This document shows, piece by piece, positions 50,901 through 62,492 of a stretch of DNA of 64,000 bases. The translations under genes and the position numbers were made by a program. The stretch covers positions 4,886,742-4,950,741 of the forward strand of contig CM119266.1 in assembly GCA_051294375.1 (NCBI GenBank). Reading direction: 5' to 3'. Position 1 is the stretch's first letter. Every line of letters begins with the position of its first letter. The DNA is from Paraspadella gotoi. Taxonomy: Eukaryota > Animalia > Chaetognatha. A model generated the notes under the pieces. The model saw only the letters and a program-made list of their open reading frames with translations. It was not told the DNA's origin and ran no database searches.

Positions 50901-50954
50901 GAATAATTTTGTTCAGAGTTACATTTACATACATTTACATACATTTACATTCAG

Positions 50955-51106
50955 AATGTCTCCCTACGTTGTGCTGTACGCCGAACTGCTTCTTCTGGCT
51001 CAGTACATTTACGGACTGAATCTGACGCGAGCCGAGCTTCCGACTGAAGTCAACGGGATAGACCTGACCCAAATCGGATTGGGAAGCGGAGACGGCAGCG
51101 GATTGG
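50955..51106 (+). CDS. Piezo: Piezo exon (MSPYVVLYAELLLLAQYIYGLNLTRAELPTEVNGIDLTQIGLGSGDGSGL)
   Basis: attcag acceptor, G|gtaagt donor, phase 2 to 1 (completes AG+A = Arg); resembles invertebrate Piezo SPxxVxYAExLLxAQYIYGxxL..ELP. Confidence 0.92.
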
Positions 51107-51271
51107 GTAAGTTATGGGTCAGGGGGAAATTTGTTAGGAGGGGAAAGATAAAAGGTTATTTTTGGGAATGAAAAGGACTTATTCTTACTCTTCGATTTTT
51201 ATTAATTTTGCGTCAATCACACATTTATACATAAAAGTCGAATGTCTCGAATGTCCTTAATTAGTTAGGAC

Positions 51272-51328
<57 letters not shown>

Positions 51329-52169
51329 CCCCTCTTAATTCCACAATGAATATGGCGTTTCTGTCAAGTATTGCACAATGTCGAAATCGCGAATGAGCGT
51401 AAAAGATTTTGCTTATGGAACTTGGTCGAGCCGACATCGGGTGACTGCGACCGACAAAAGCCGACAAAAGCCGACGAGGCCGAATCGGTTTGCCGACGCT
51501 GACTGATTTTAATCTGGTACATGTTTAAGATGACTTGATTGGACGAGTCAGAGAGAAAGGGAGTGGAAGAGGGATTGAGAGAGAGAGAGGGATAGTGGGG
51601 TGAGGTATTGGAAGAAGGATAACATTTGATATGCGTAGTATTAATTGATAAAAATGCTAAAACAATCTTTACAACTTTTTGCTTGCTTATCTTATCACTT
51701 GTTTAATGACATTTCGACAAACTGATAGCAAAACAATATTTAATTATGTTAATTAAAATTATAAAATCCTTTAATTGAAAAGAGAACAGAATGGGTAGAG
51801 ATAGAGAGCGAGAAATATCGACCGATAAAATAAGATTGACAAAGGAAGACAGAGAGAGAGACAAGAGAGATAGAGACAGAGTCACAGAGAGAGCTCAGGA
51901 TCCAACGTTAATCTTGGATTAAATTGAAAAATCGACGAAAGATTAACTCGAGCGAAGGATTAACTTTCTTCGCGGAGATAAAACGATAAAATTTGATTCA
52001 CATCACAAAATCTGAATCTCACTGACTTAAATATTATTATTTGTGTCTTTTTATCTTTTTCACATTTTTAAAAATCTTTCTTTTATTCGCTTCTTTTTTT
52101 TTATCTTTTTTTTATTTTCATTTCTTATTCTCTGCGTCTTTTTTTTCTTTTTTCTTTGACTTTTATATT

Positions 52170-52270
52170 TTCTTTCCTTTCCTTTCCTTTTTTTCCTTTC
52201 CTTTCCTTTCCTTTCCTTTCCTTTCCTTTCCTTTCCTTTCCTTTCCTTTCCTCACTTTCCTTTCCTCACT
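52170..52270 (+). repeat. (CCTTT)n microsatellite
   Basis: Direct reading. Confidence 0.9.
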
Positions 52271-52828
52271 TTCGCCACGGGGGAAATTTTTTGAAGCGCG
52301 ACTCCAAAAAATCTCTCGACTTCGAGACAAATAAATCTTTTTCTTTTTCGAGTCTCTTCGACTTAGTTTCAATTTTAACGAAACCTTTCTTTTTTTCCCT
52401 TTTTTTGCCATATATGTATGAAATTTAACCAAACCTTATTTAGTCTAGTAAGGCACGTTGTCTGAAATTCTGAGTCACTTGTTTTTTGGGGGGGAAATTT
52501 CGAACGAATAGTCATAGCCTAATGTACGGCAAAATAATACATCTAGTTAAACTTGAAGATTTTAATTTCGTTTTTATGAGAACAATTACGAATTTACTTA
52601 CAAATCCTCGTTCGACTTATGAGCCTTTTTTACTGTTATTTTCTTTCGTTAGGTAGGCAAAGAAAATATATTTTGCCGCAACATGTTAATTAGATTATCC
52701 GTGCATTTTTCTTTTTCATGCGAGACGGAGGAAAAAAACAGAATCACTGTTGGAACATTTTTCTTCTGGTTTTTATTCGTTTTTTTTTCTTTCTTTCTCC
52801 ACTTGAAAAATATTGAGGAGTTCAACAA

Positions 52829-52874
<46 letters not shown>

Positions 52875-53424
52875 CTTGACCGATCATTCTTCATTTTCTC
52901 TTCTTTTTTGGTTGAGATCCCAACTTTTTCTTTCTTCCAATATTCTTTCTTTCTCTTCCACTTTTTCCCTTTAATTCTCCCTCACGCAGACTCAGATTAG
53001 CCCCTTTGTGAAATGCCCCATAATTCACGAGACGGAGGGTGAAGGGAGATGAGAACGAATCGTTAAGAGAGGCTTTTTTGGTGATCACCATTTTGGTGAT
53101 ATATGACTAGTTGGTTCCAGTAATATATTAATGGAATCGGTGGAATGAGTATAAAAATTATGCGTTAATTCAATAACTCCGTATAAAAGGGACTTTATCC
53201 AATCTTGAGTCAGGCCACAAAATAGCTTAATAGAATAGCTAATAGATAATAAATAATAGATAATGAAATAGATTATAATCATGGAAAAACGATGTACCAC
53301 TTTCATTAATGTATGTTTGGCCTACCTTACTTAAAACTTGTTGCGATCTAAAATTGGGCACCAACCCCTTTCGGGCACCTGTCATCCACTTTGTCCTCAT
53401 TTCTCACGCCACCCGCTGCTCATG

Positions 53425-53690
53425 GGTAGGTCTAGGGTAAGGGCAGCTAAGGGTTCTTCTCATTCAAAGGCGCTAACNNNNNNNNNNNNNNNNNNNNNNN
53501 NNNNNNNNNNNNNNNNNNNNNNNNNNNNNNNNNNNNNNNNNNNNNNNNNNNNNNNNNNNNNNNNNNNNNNNNNNNNNNNNNNNNNNNNNNNNNNNNNNNN
53601 NNNNNNNNNNNNNNNNNNNNNNNNNNNNNNNNNNNNNNGTGGGTCTAGGGTAAGGGCAGCAAAGGGTTCTTCTCATTCGAAGCCTCTAAC
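53425..53690 (+). repeat. ~50-bp direct repeat on both sides of an N gap (probable collapsed array)
   Basis: ggtctagggtaagggcagc.aagggttct...ctcattc.aag..ctaac on both sides. Confidence 0.8.
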
Positions 53691-54156
53691 GTTCCATAAT
53701 TTAGTCTCAACATTCATCGTCGTCGGATTTAATTTCTTTTTTTTTTTNNNNNNNNNNNNNNNNNNNNNNNNNNNNNNNNNNNNNNNNNNNNNNNNNNNNN
53801 NNNNNNNNNNNNNNNNNNNNNNNNNNNNNNNNNNNNNNNNNNNNNNNNNNNNNNNNNNNNNNNNNNNNNNNNNNNNNNNNNNNNNNNNNNNNNNNNNNNN
53901 NNNNNNNNNNNNNNNNNNNNNNNNNNNNNNNNNNNNNNNNNNNNNNNNNNNNNNNNNNNNNNNNNNNNNNNNNNNNNNNNNNNNNNNNNNNAATGGAAGG
54001 AAGAAGATGGAAAATGGAAGAATGTGAAAAATGAGCAAGATGAGAGAATGGGAGAAATTGGATAATGGGAGAACATGTGGAATGGGAGAACATGTGAAAT
54101 GGGAAAATATAAAGAATAAAATAATAAAACTTGGAAAATGGCAGAACTAAGAGACT

Positions 54157-54220
54157 GGGAGAATAGAGAGAATGGGAGAATAGAGAGAATGGGAGAATAG
54201 AGAGAATGGGAGAATAGAGA
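54157..54220 (+). repeat. 17-bp tandem repeat (tgggagaatagagagaa), ~4 copies
   Basis: Direct reading. Confidence 0.85.
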
Positions 54221-56035
54221 AATTGGTAGAATAGCGCCAATGGGATAATGAAAAGAGGGATGCAAATAAAAAAAAAGGATAGTTATAGATTTAACATAGA
54301 CATCGTTATTTCTAGATTTAACATACAAATAAGCTTGTCAATTGTAACCTAATAGCTTAGCTGGAGACAAAAAGGGTTAAAAGATTAAAAACGGATTTAG
54401 AGACGCGAAAGTAAGTCGATGTATTTTTGGGAGAACCAAATGACGAACGAGCGAATTTGTAAGTAGAACAGGAGAACAATCAGAAGAGGAGAATAACCCT
54501 GAAGCGAAAATAGAAAGGCGAGGAGGCAGGAAGGAAGGAAAGGGAGTAAGGAAAGGAAGGAATGGAAAAGGAAAGGGAAGGGAGGAATGAAAAAGGAAAG
54601 GGAAGNNNNNNNNNNNNNNNNNNNNNNNNNNNNNNNNNNNNNNNNNNNNNNNNNNNNNNNNNNNNNNNNNNNNNNNNNNNNNNNNNNNNNNNNNNNNNNN
54701 NNNNNNNNNNNNNNNNNNNNNNNNNNNNNNNNNNNNNNNNNNNNNNNNNNNNNNNNNNNNNNNNNNNNNNNNNNNNNNNNNNNNNNNNNNNNNNNNNNNN
54801 NNNNNNNNNNNNNNNNNNNNNNNNNNNNNNNNNNNNNNNNNNNNNNNNNNNNNNNNNNNNNNNNNNNNNNNNNNNNNNNNNNNNNNNNNNNNNTGAAAAA
54901 GGAAAGGGAAGGGAGGAATGAAAAAGGAAAGGGGAAGAAAGAATGGAAAAGGAAGGGGAGGAAGGAATGAAAAAGGAAAGGGGAGAAATGAAGGGAGGTA
55001 CGAAGAAAAAGTGACGGAAGGAAAAAAGAAAAATGATTTAGAAAAAAAAAATGAGGGTAAAATTTTTTTTTAATCTTCGTTTCCATCTGGACTTTTGAGC
55101 CGCTGCTTCTTTTGCTTCGCGAATTTCAATCCTTCAAAACCAGACCTTTTTTGCTTTTCGCNNNNNNNNNNAGATTTCAAGTTTCCACTTCAAAAATTTC
55201 CCTTTTAACTTCCCTCGACGCTCAGTAGATGGCGCCCTCGTCGCCCGGTGGATGGCGCCGTCGTCACCCGTCACCCGTCACCCGTCAACCGTCGTCCAAA
55301 ACAGTTTTTCCCATAAAATTCCTTTTTTTTGGTGCGAATTAAAACTTACCTTTCAGCCTAAATGGCCATAAGTGACCATTATGGTCACGGTCGGCGCATG
55401 ACCATCATTTATTCCTTGACACCTCCACTCCCGATGACCCCATCACAACTACATCGCAACTATGTCAAGAATCTATCACAACTCCATTATATCCCTATCA
55501 CATCTCTGTCACAACCCCATCACTTCCTCCAAACTCAAAATTCGGCCTCTCGATGATCCCGTCGTGATTCACGAAAAAAAAATCGTCGAGAAGCGAAAAA
55601 AAAGTTTTGTGATTTCGTGAAAGGAGATCACGTGATCGGGGAAAAAAAAAGATCACGTGATCTCTATTCGCCGTGAATCTCGTCGCAGCGTGAAATTTAT
55701 GTTCGAGAGCGACGGAGCAGGGAGCGGGAAGGGAAGGGGCGCGTGGCGCAACTGCGTAGGAGGCTTATGGGGGTGGGGGTGGCAGAGGGTAGGGGCAAGG
55801 CGTAAGGCGGGGGTTGGCGAAGTAGCTTAGCGAGGTATCGGGCGGTGGGCGTGTGGGCCGAAGGGAAAGGTGGCAACGGGAAGGGAGCGGTGACGCGTTC
55901 TTTAGTCTCTCATTCCCCTTTAAAATTTCATCGATCATAATTTAAACGAATTTTTATTTTTAGAAAAAAGAAAACATCTTTATATACAGATGATTTTCTC
56001 TCTCTCTCTCTCTCTCTCCCCCTATCCCCCTTCAG

Positions 56036-56196
56036 CCCCTTGCCTCCACCTGGCGGCCAAAACGTTGTACACGTTCATGTTTTTGTTGACGCTGCGTCAA
56101 TACATGAGGGAAAGGTACGTCAACAAGCAGGCGGCGAAGGCGGCAGCGTCAGCCGCCGCGTCAGCCGCCGCATCGCCCGTCGATTCGGAGCAGCAG
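56036..56196 (+). CDS. Piezo: Piezo exon (APCLHLAAKTLYTFMFLLTLRQYMRERYVNKQAAKAAASAAASAAASPVDSEQQ)
   Basis: ccttcag acceptor, CAG|gtgcgt donor, phase 1 to 0 as assembled; PCLxL..LYTxxFxLxLRQ motif. Confidence 0.88.
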
Positions 56197-56222
56197 GTGC
56201 GTTGTTGTACGGATGGAGGGAG

Positions 56223-56262
<40 letters not shown>

Positions 56263-57665
56263 AAAGGCGAGGGAATTCATTTGCTCGATCAGTTATAAAT
56301 TGTGAAAGGACTTTAAAAGGATCCATTTAGATAATTGATAATTGTATTTTGTAAACAACAAATATTTAAGAAATTTGTCGAAATAGTTAAAAATTTTTAC
56401 AGCTAATCGCATATTGCATATACTAATAGTATTAAACATTCAAATAATATTAAATTAACGTTTAAGAGAGCCGCCCCCCCTATTTTGCCACCGACCAATG
56501 AAAAAGAAATAATATTTTTCTCTCAGCCAGATCCCGTTTTTCCGCGGGAAAATCCCCATAAGATTCTCTTAACCAGAAATCGTCGGATAAATATTGAACG
56601 ATTTTCAGGATTCAGAAAGTGACATCTCGTTGGCAGCGAAAAACGCGGAAGAAAAAAATTGAATGATGAGAGAGAGAAAAAAAAGAGGCTGAATATATTT
56701 ATGAATTCAACGCGAATTCATTGAATTTTTTTTTTTTCTTATTAAACCTGCGAGGTTTTTTTTTTTACGCTGAATGCGTTTTTTAGAATTCACTTTTTGC
56801 TCGAGCACTCATCAGGTTCCCGCTTTTTTTTTTGAATGCTTGTTAAAGGGTTCAAGCGCCTTGCCTTCTTTTTCTCTCCTTCCAACTTTTCTTCCTTCTT
56901 TTACTTTTTCATTTAATAATATCTTCGTTTCTCTCATCTACCTTCCTCTTGATACAATACTACCTTCCCTATTTCATTCTTACCTCTCTCTTTCCTCCCT
57001 CATTTAATCTTTCTTTCTTCCTTTTCCCTTTTTTCCTTTTTCCCTCTCCCTATTTTCCCTTCTACCATTTCCCTTTCCCATTTTCCCTTCCCTTTCCCTT
57101 CCATCCTCTCTCNNNNNNNNNNNNNNNNNNNNNNNNNCCCTATTTATTCTTACCCTCTCTCATTCCTCCCTCTATTTAATCTTTCTTTCTTCCTTCCCTT
57201 CCGTTTTATCCCTTCCCTTTTTCCCCTTCATCCATTTTTCCTTCCCATTCCCTTCCCATTTTCCCTCCCTTTCCTTCCCTCTCTCCCTTTTTCCCTTCCC
57301 CCCTTCCCTTTCTCCCTGCCCTTTCTCCCTTCCCTTTTCTCCCTGCCCTTTCTCCCCTTTCCTTTTATTCCCTTTTCTTTTCTTTTCACTCCTTTTTTTT
57401 CTTTTTTCCATGTTTTCCTTCCCTTCCCCCTTTCCTTCCCTCCTTCTCCTCCCCTTATCCCTCTCCTTCCCCTCCCTAATCCCCTCCCCCTCTTTCATCT
57501 TCCCTAATCCCCTTTTCAAATTCCCCATAATCTAGCTCGCACACAAAACTCACACAATAACAATCTTCCCCCCCCTTCTCCTCTCCCCCTCCGCCACCCT
57601 GCGCGCCACTTCTCTTTTATTCTCTTGTTCCTTCGCCGCGTCTTCTGCCGCCATATTTCATCCAG

Positions 57666-57779
57666 GCACTCCCCTCAGCACCGACGCAGCGGCCGACGGG
57701 GATGCCGCGGCCGCCGCTCCGTCGGCTGCGCCCCGGCTGCGGAAGCTGCCGCACTCGATCTCCATCGACGTCGCGGAAG
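57666..57779 (+). CDS. Piezo: Probable Piezo loop exon (GTPLSTDAAADGDAAAAAPSAAPRLRKLPHSISIDVAE)
   Basis: atccag acceptor, AAG|gtaagg donor, 114 nt symmetric, GC-rich. Reading shown is phase 1 to 1, which fits the downstream exon but not the upstream one. Confidence 0.72.
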
Positions 57780-58165
57780 GTAAGGGCGTGAATCGCTTGG
57801 GGGGGGGTAGGGGAGGTAAGAAAAGAGGGTCGGATCAAGAAGTTTCGACGGGAAATTCGTAGAAATTAATGACAAATCGATATTAACATAACTCAAGATA
57901 AACAACTGAAAAGTTTTATTTATTTGGTTGCTTTTCGAGATTCGTGAAAAAAGTCATTAGTTGAAGTAAACAAAGAAACTTTATAAACCCATTAAGAACC
58001 TGCAATATGCAAATGTGATTAAAGGATTTAAAGGATTTAATCTCATTTTTAATTCAAATTTCTAGTTTATATATTTAGTTTTGTCTACTAGTGTGCTATA
58101 ATATTTTTAATTTAACTTGGTCAAATTACTTAAGTAATGCTGTTTTCCTTCTCTCTCTCTTTCAG

Positions 58166-58327
58166 GATACGATAGCCGGACAATGCGGATGTTCGGCTCG
58201 TGGACTTGGTCGCTCTTGGCCAAATACTGGATCATGGTCTGCGCTCTGATGTTGATGGTCACGTCAATGATGGACATGGTCGTCTACCGCATCATTTACA
58301 TGGTCCTCTTTCTCTCTTTCGTCTTGA
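58166..58327 (+). CDS. Piezo: Piezo exon (GYDSRTMRMFGSWTWSLLAKYWIMVCALMLMVTSMMDMVVYRIIYMVLFLSFVL)
   Basis: ctctttcag acceptor, A|gtaagt donor, phase 1 to 1; LLxKYWIxVC and VVYxIxYMxLFL motifs. Confidence 0.93.
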
Positions 58328-58906
58328 GTAAGTTTATAAAGTTGCACATTTAATTAAATTAAATTAGTATATGTTAATATTTGTGAAAAAACGTATTTGA
58401 AATTTTTTTTTTAATATTCCAAAACTGTAAAAACTTTTTTGATTGTTTGAATGCTTGCTTTCGTCATTGGTAAATTGATTGCCCATTATAAAGAATAGGC
58501 CTGCTGCAATGATGGTACACCTATTCAGTATTTAGAAGGTCATTTGACTAAATGAGACTATCAGGCTGTGGTAAAATATAGGAAGAATGCACTACAATGC
58601 ATTTGTGACATGAATGTGCGCATTACGCACTGCGCAACAATGCAGTGATATGTATTTGCATTTGTATTCATAACTTTCATTTTGGGGACTCGCCCATCGG
58701 TCCGGATTCTGTCCCGATGACAAATGTATTTTTTTGCTCTTTCTTGCCAAAAGTTTTTTTGGGGCAGAAAAAAAAGGGAAAAGGAGATAAGCAAAGGAAA
58801 TATTTTGATTAAATGTCAAATGAGAGAAAAAGTATTGAGAGAGAAAAGTAGGGAAAAGGATGAGACGGAAAGGAGAAGGTGCGATATCTGGGTCGGTTTA
58901 AAAGGT

Positions 58907-58952
<46 letters not shown>

Positions 58953-59521
58953 CTCCAAGTGAGACACATCCGTCATATAGAGACGGAGTGAAAAAGAAAG
59001 CGAGACAGAGAGAGCGAAAGAGATACTGGAAGAGGTTGAGAGAAAAAAATATATTAAATATAAAAATATAGAAAAAAAAAGAAAAAAAAGAAAAAAAAGA
59101 AAAAAAAAGAAAAAGAAGAAAAAGGGTAACAATGAAAGAGAAATTCTTGTCGAAGGTAAAATATTTTTTTTCTTTTTCTTTTTTTTTCCTTTTTTTTCCT
59201 TTTTTTTTCTTTGTCACGCGGTTTTTTTTTATTCTCGAAGGAAAAAAAAATGAGAGAAAAAGGAAAAGAAAAGTGTTGATGTATGGGAATGAGACACTCA
59301 ACATCCTGATGGAGAGAGAGCGAGAGAAACAGAGAGAAAGAGAGAGAGCGAGAGCATAAAAATAAAGACAGAGTGAGAGAGGAAATCCCTCTCTCTTCCC
59401 TCTCTCTGAGGAAGGAAAACAGAAAGGCTGAGAGGAAACGAACCTCCGTCCTCTTGTTGGGTGTTTTGTATTCATTAGAAAACCTGTTGGATCTTGGAAG
59501 CCGCGAAACTCTCTCTCTCTC

Positions 59522-59562
<41 letters not shown>

Positions 59563-59662
59563 TCTTTTTCCCGGAGTTTTTTTTTGCTGGGGCCGTTGTT
59601 CACTTTCGCCTTCAATTAAAGCGAAAAAAAAGGTTTGGGCAACATTTTTTAGAAAAGTCTAA

Positions 59663-59940
59663 ACCGCCATTTTGTTTCCGCCATTTTTCCCTTTGTTCCC
59701 GCCATTTTGTTTCCGCCATTGTTGTTTCCGCCATTTTGTTTCCCGCCATTTTGGTTTCCGCCTTTTGTTTTCCGCATTTTGTTTAACGTCATTTTGTTTA
59801 ACGCCTATTTTATTTCCCTCTATTTTATTCCCCATTTAAATTTCCCGCCATGTTTCTTTTCACCAGTTCCTTCAACGCCATGTTCGGTTTCCCGCCATTT
59901 TCGTTTTCCCGCATTATTTCTCTCCCAGTTTTGCCGCCAG
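59663..59940 (+). repeat. Degenerate ~14-bp tandem repeat (ccgccattttgttt)
   Basis: Direct reading. Confidence 0.8.
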
Positions 59941-60732
59941 TCTTTTAAACGGCGAAACCGAAACATGAGGAAGAAAAGAAACTCAGTCTTCTCAGCGTTT
60001 CTTTTTCTTTTTCTCACTTTCAGTGGTCCAATATTGTTTTCTTGAAGTTTTCACAACTGATGTCAGTTTGTTCCCCTTTACTTCTCCCTCGTCCCTCTTC
60101 CGATATCCCTTTTTGGTCCCTCTTTTACCCTCTCTGTTCTCCTTTCTTTTCTTCTCATCTATTCTCTCTTTTTCGTTCATCTCTTTCGTTCCCTTTCTTC
60201 CTTCAGTCGGTTCTCTTCCCTTTTCCCCTTCATCTTTCTTCCCTTTTCCCCTCATCTTTCTTCCCTTTTCCCTTCATCTTTCTTCCTTTTCCCGATCTTT
60301 CTTCCCTTTCCCCTCATCTTTCTTCTTTTTTTCCCCCTCCATATATTTCCCCCCTGTTTTCATTCCCACTAACTTTTTCTCCTCACTTTTCAACTTCTTA
60401 TCCCCTCTCTTTTTTCCTTCTCTCTTTCTTTTCCCCTTCTCTCTTTCTCCTCTCTCTTTCTCTTCTCTCTTTCCCCTCTCTCTTTCTCTTCCTATCTCTT
60501 TCCCCTCTCTTTTTTCCTTCTCGCTTCCCCTCTCTCTTTCTCTCTCTCTTTCTTTTCCCCTTCTCTCTTTCTCCTCTCTCTTTCCCCTCTCTCTTTCCCC
60601 TTCACCTCCCCCTCTCTCTTTCTCCCTTCACTCCCCCTCTCTTCTTCCCCTCTCTCTTTCCCCCTCCCTCTGCACTGCCCCCTCTCTCTATATCTCTTCT
60701 CCTCTCCCCTTCCCCCCTCATTCTCTCAACAG

Positions 60733-60906
60733 CCTTTCAATTATCATGGATTATTTTTGAGGAATGATAAACAAAACTATTTTCGGCTGTTGTCGTCGTC
60801 TATTCGATGGTGGTGCTGGTGCTGTTGTACACTTACCAATTCGACGCTGTGCCAGGACTCATCTCCAACTACACAGGATTCAAACCAAAACTCATTCACG
60901 ATTTGG
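60733..60906 (+). CDS. Piezo: Piezo exon (TFQLSWII[FEE**T]KLFSAVVVVYSMVVLVLLYTYQFDAVPGLISNYTGFKPKLIHDL), with in-frame TGA TAA as assembled
   Basis: caacag acceptor, G|gtaagg donor, phase 1 to 1; FQ...YxMxVLxxxYTxQF...NxTG...DLG motif. The stops vanish if three single homopolymer bases are removed. Confidence 0.88.
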
Positions 60907-60981
60907 GTAAGGTTACTTTTTTTTATGAGTTGAGGGGAATGACGATAATGACTGAGGTTGGTTATTTTGTGCGTGGAGACA

Positions 60982-61017
<36 letters not shown>

Positions 61018-61607
61018 AAGAGAGGCTTTTGTATCGCGTTTGTTTTCGCAGTTTCTAACGTGTTCTCTCTCTCTCTCTCTCTCTCAGACTCATTTTCAAA
61101 AACCCTTACCCTCTATGTTTACCTCCATTTGGGAATCGCAAACGAGCGAGATCGTCAATTACCTTNNNNNNNNNNTCCGCCCCCCTCTCTCTCATCATAA
61201 CGAAACCGAGGCTATAATTAGCCATAACTTTTCCATCGAAGGAAAATTTCAGTCGCGGCGGAGAGACGCGACTCTATTCAGACGCTTTTTGGTCTGTCTC
61301 TCTGTAAAAAATTTATTTAATAATTAATTATTGAATTTGTACTTATTAATTAATGACTATTGAAAGTGTGAGTAAAATAATGAAAATCATAAGGTAGTTT
61401 AAATATACGGAGGTGGAGCAGGAAAAAAGAAGAAGAAGAAGAAGAAGAGGAAAATGGGATAGCAAGCAAAAACATACTCTGATGTTATACATATAATAAA
61501 AAAAAATTTATTTTAATAAATAAAATAACAAAAACTATGAAAAATAAATATATATATAATATTATAAAATAGTAAAAAAAGTTGATTAATCTTATAAAAA
61601 AAGGATC

Positions 61608-62230
61608 TAAGTGAAACGAAATTTTCGTGAAACAANNNNNNNNNNNNNNNNNNNNNNNNNNNNNNNNNNNNNNNNNNNNNNNNNNNNNNNNNNNNNNNNN
61701 NNNNNNNNNNNNNNNNNNNNNNNNNNNNNNNNNNNNNNNNNNNNNNNNNNNNNNNNNNNNNNNNNNNNNNNNNNNNNNNNNNNNNNNNNNNNNNNNNNNN
61801 NNNNNNNNNNNNNNNNNNNNNNNNNNNNNNNNNNNNNNNNNNNNNNNNNNNNNNNNNNNNNNNNNNNNNNNNNNNNNNNNNNNNNNNNNNNNNNNNNNNN
61901 NNNNNNNNNNNNNNNNNNNNNNNNNNNNNNNNNNNNNNNNNNNNNNNNNNNNNNNNNNNNNNNNNNNNNNNNNNNNNNNNNNNNNNNNNNNNNNNNNNNN
62001 NNNNNNNNNNNNNNNNNNNNNNNNNNNNNNNNNNNNNNNNNNNNNNNNNNNNNNNNNNNNNNNNNNNNNNNNNNNNNNNNNNNNNNNNNNNNNNNNNNNN
62101 NNNNNNNNNNNNNNNNNNNNNNNNNNNNNNNNNNNNNNNNNNNNNNNNNNNNNNNNNNNNNNNNNNNNNNNNNNNNNNNNNNNNNNNNNNNNNNNNNNCA
62201 TGTTGTTTCACGAAAATTTCGTTTCACTTA
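61608..62230. mobile_element. Candidate TIR element / MITE with unsequenced interior
   Basis: Perfect 28-bp inverted repeat taagtgaaacgaaattttcgtgaaacaa (61608-61635 and 62203-62230) flanking an N gap; outermost bases TA on both sides. Confidence 0.55.
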
Positions 62231-62492
62231 AATCTAACAAAAAGAAAGGCTTAACACAATGTTTAAAAAAGGATCCTAAATTTTTTAAAAAAATTAAAAA
62301 AAAAATTTAATGAATCAGCCCCGCGACTTGATTACCCGCTGAAAAGCTTCCCAGTTTTAAAATTCCAAACCTCTCGCTCTCTATCGTTAAATTTAAACAT
62401 TCCCCCCTTCTCATATCCTCCTCCACCCCTTACCCTTTGCCCCCCCACCCCTACCCCCCAAACTCCCCCACATCCTTCACAACCGACGACAG

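Larger units (their letters stand above)
41740..50954 (+). repeat. About 9-kb degraded direct duplicate of about 32180-41390
   Basis: Colinear shared blocks throughout (e.g. cataacattgttaaat, gagccggatgct, gtaagttcaacaggctgggtgag, gttcagagtta); the first part is inflated by insertions; preceded by a 25-N gap. Confidence 0.9.

Noticed and set aside
60023-60767. 241-245 aa Ser/Leu/Phe/Pro ORFs (likewise 35810-36353, 15088-15632, 57172-57528, 58816-59475)
   Set aside because: Stop-free pyrimidine or purine tracts; only the parts overlapping Piezo exons are coding.
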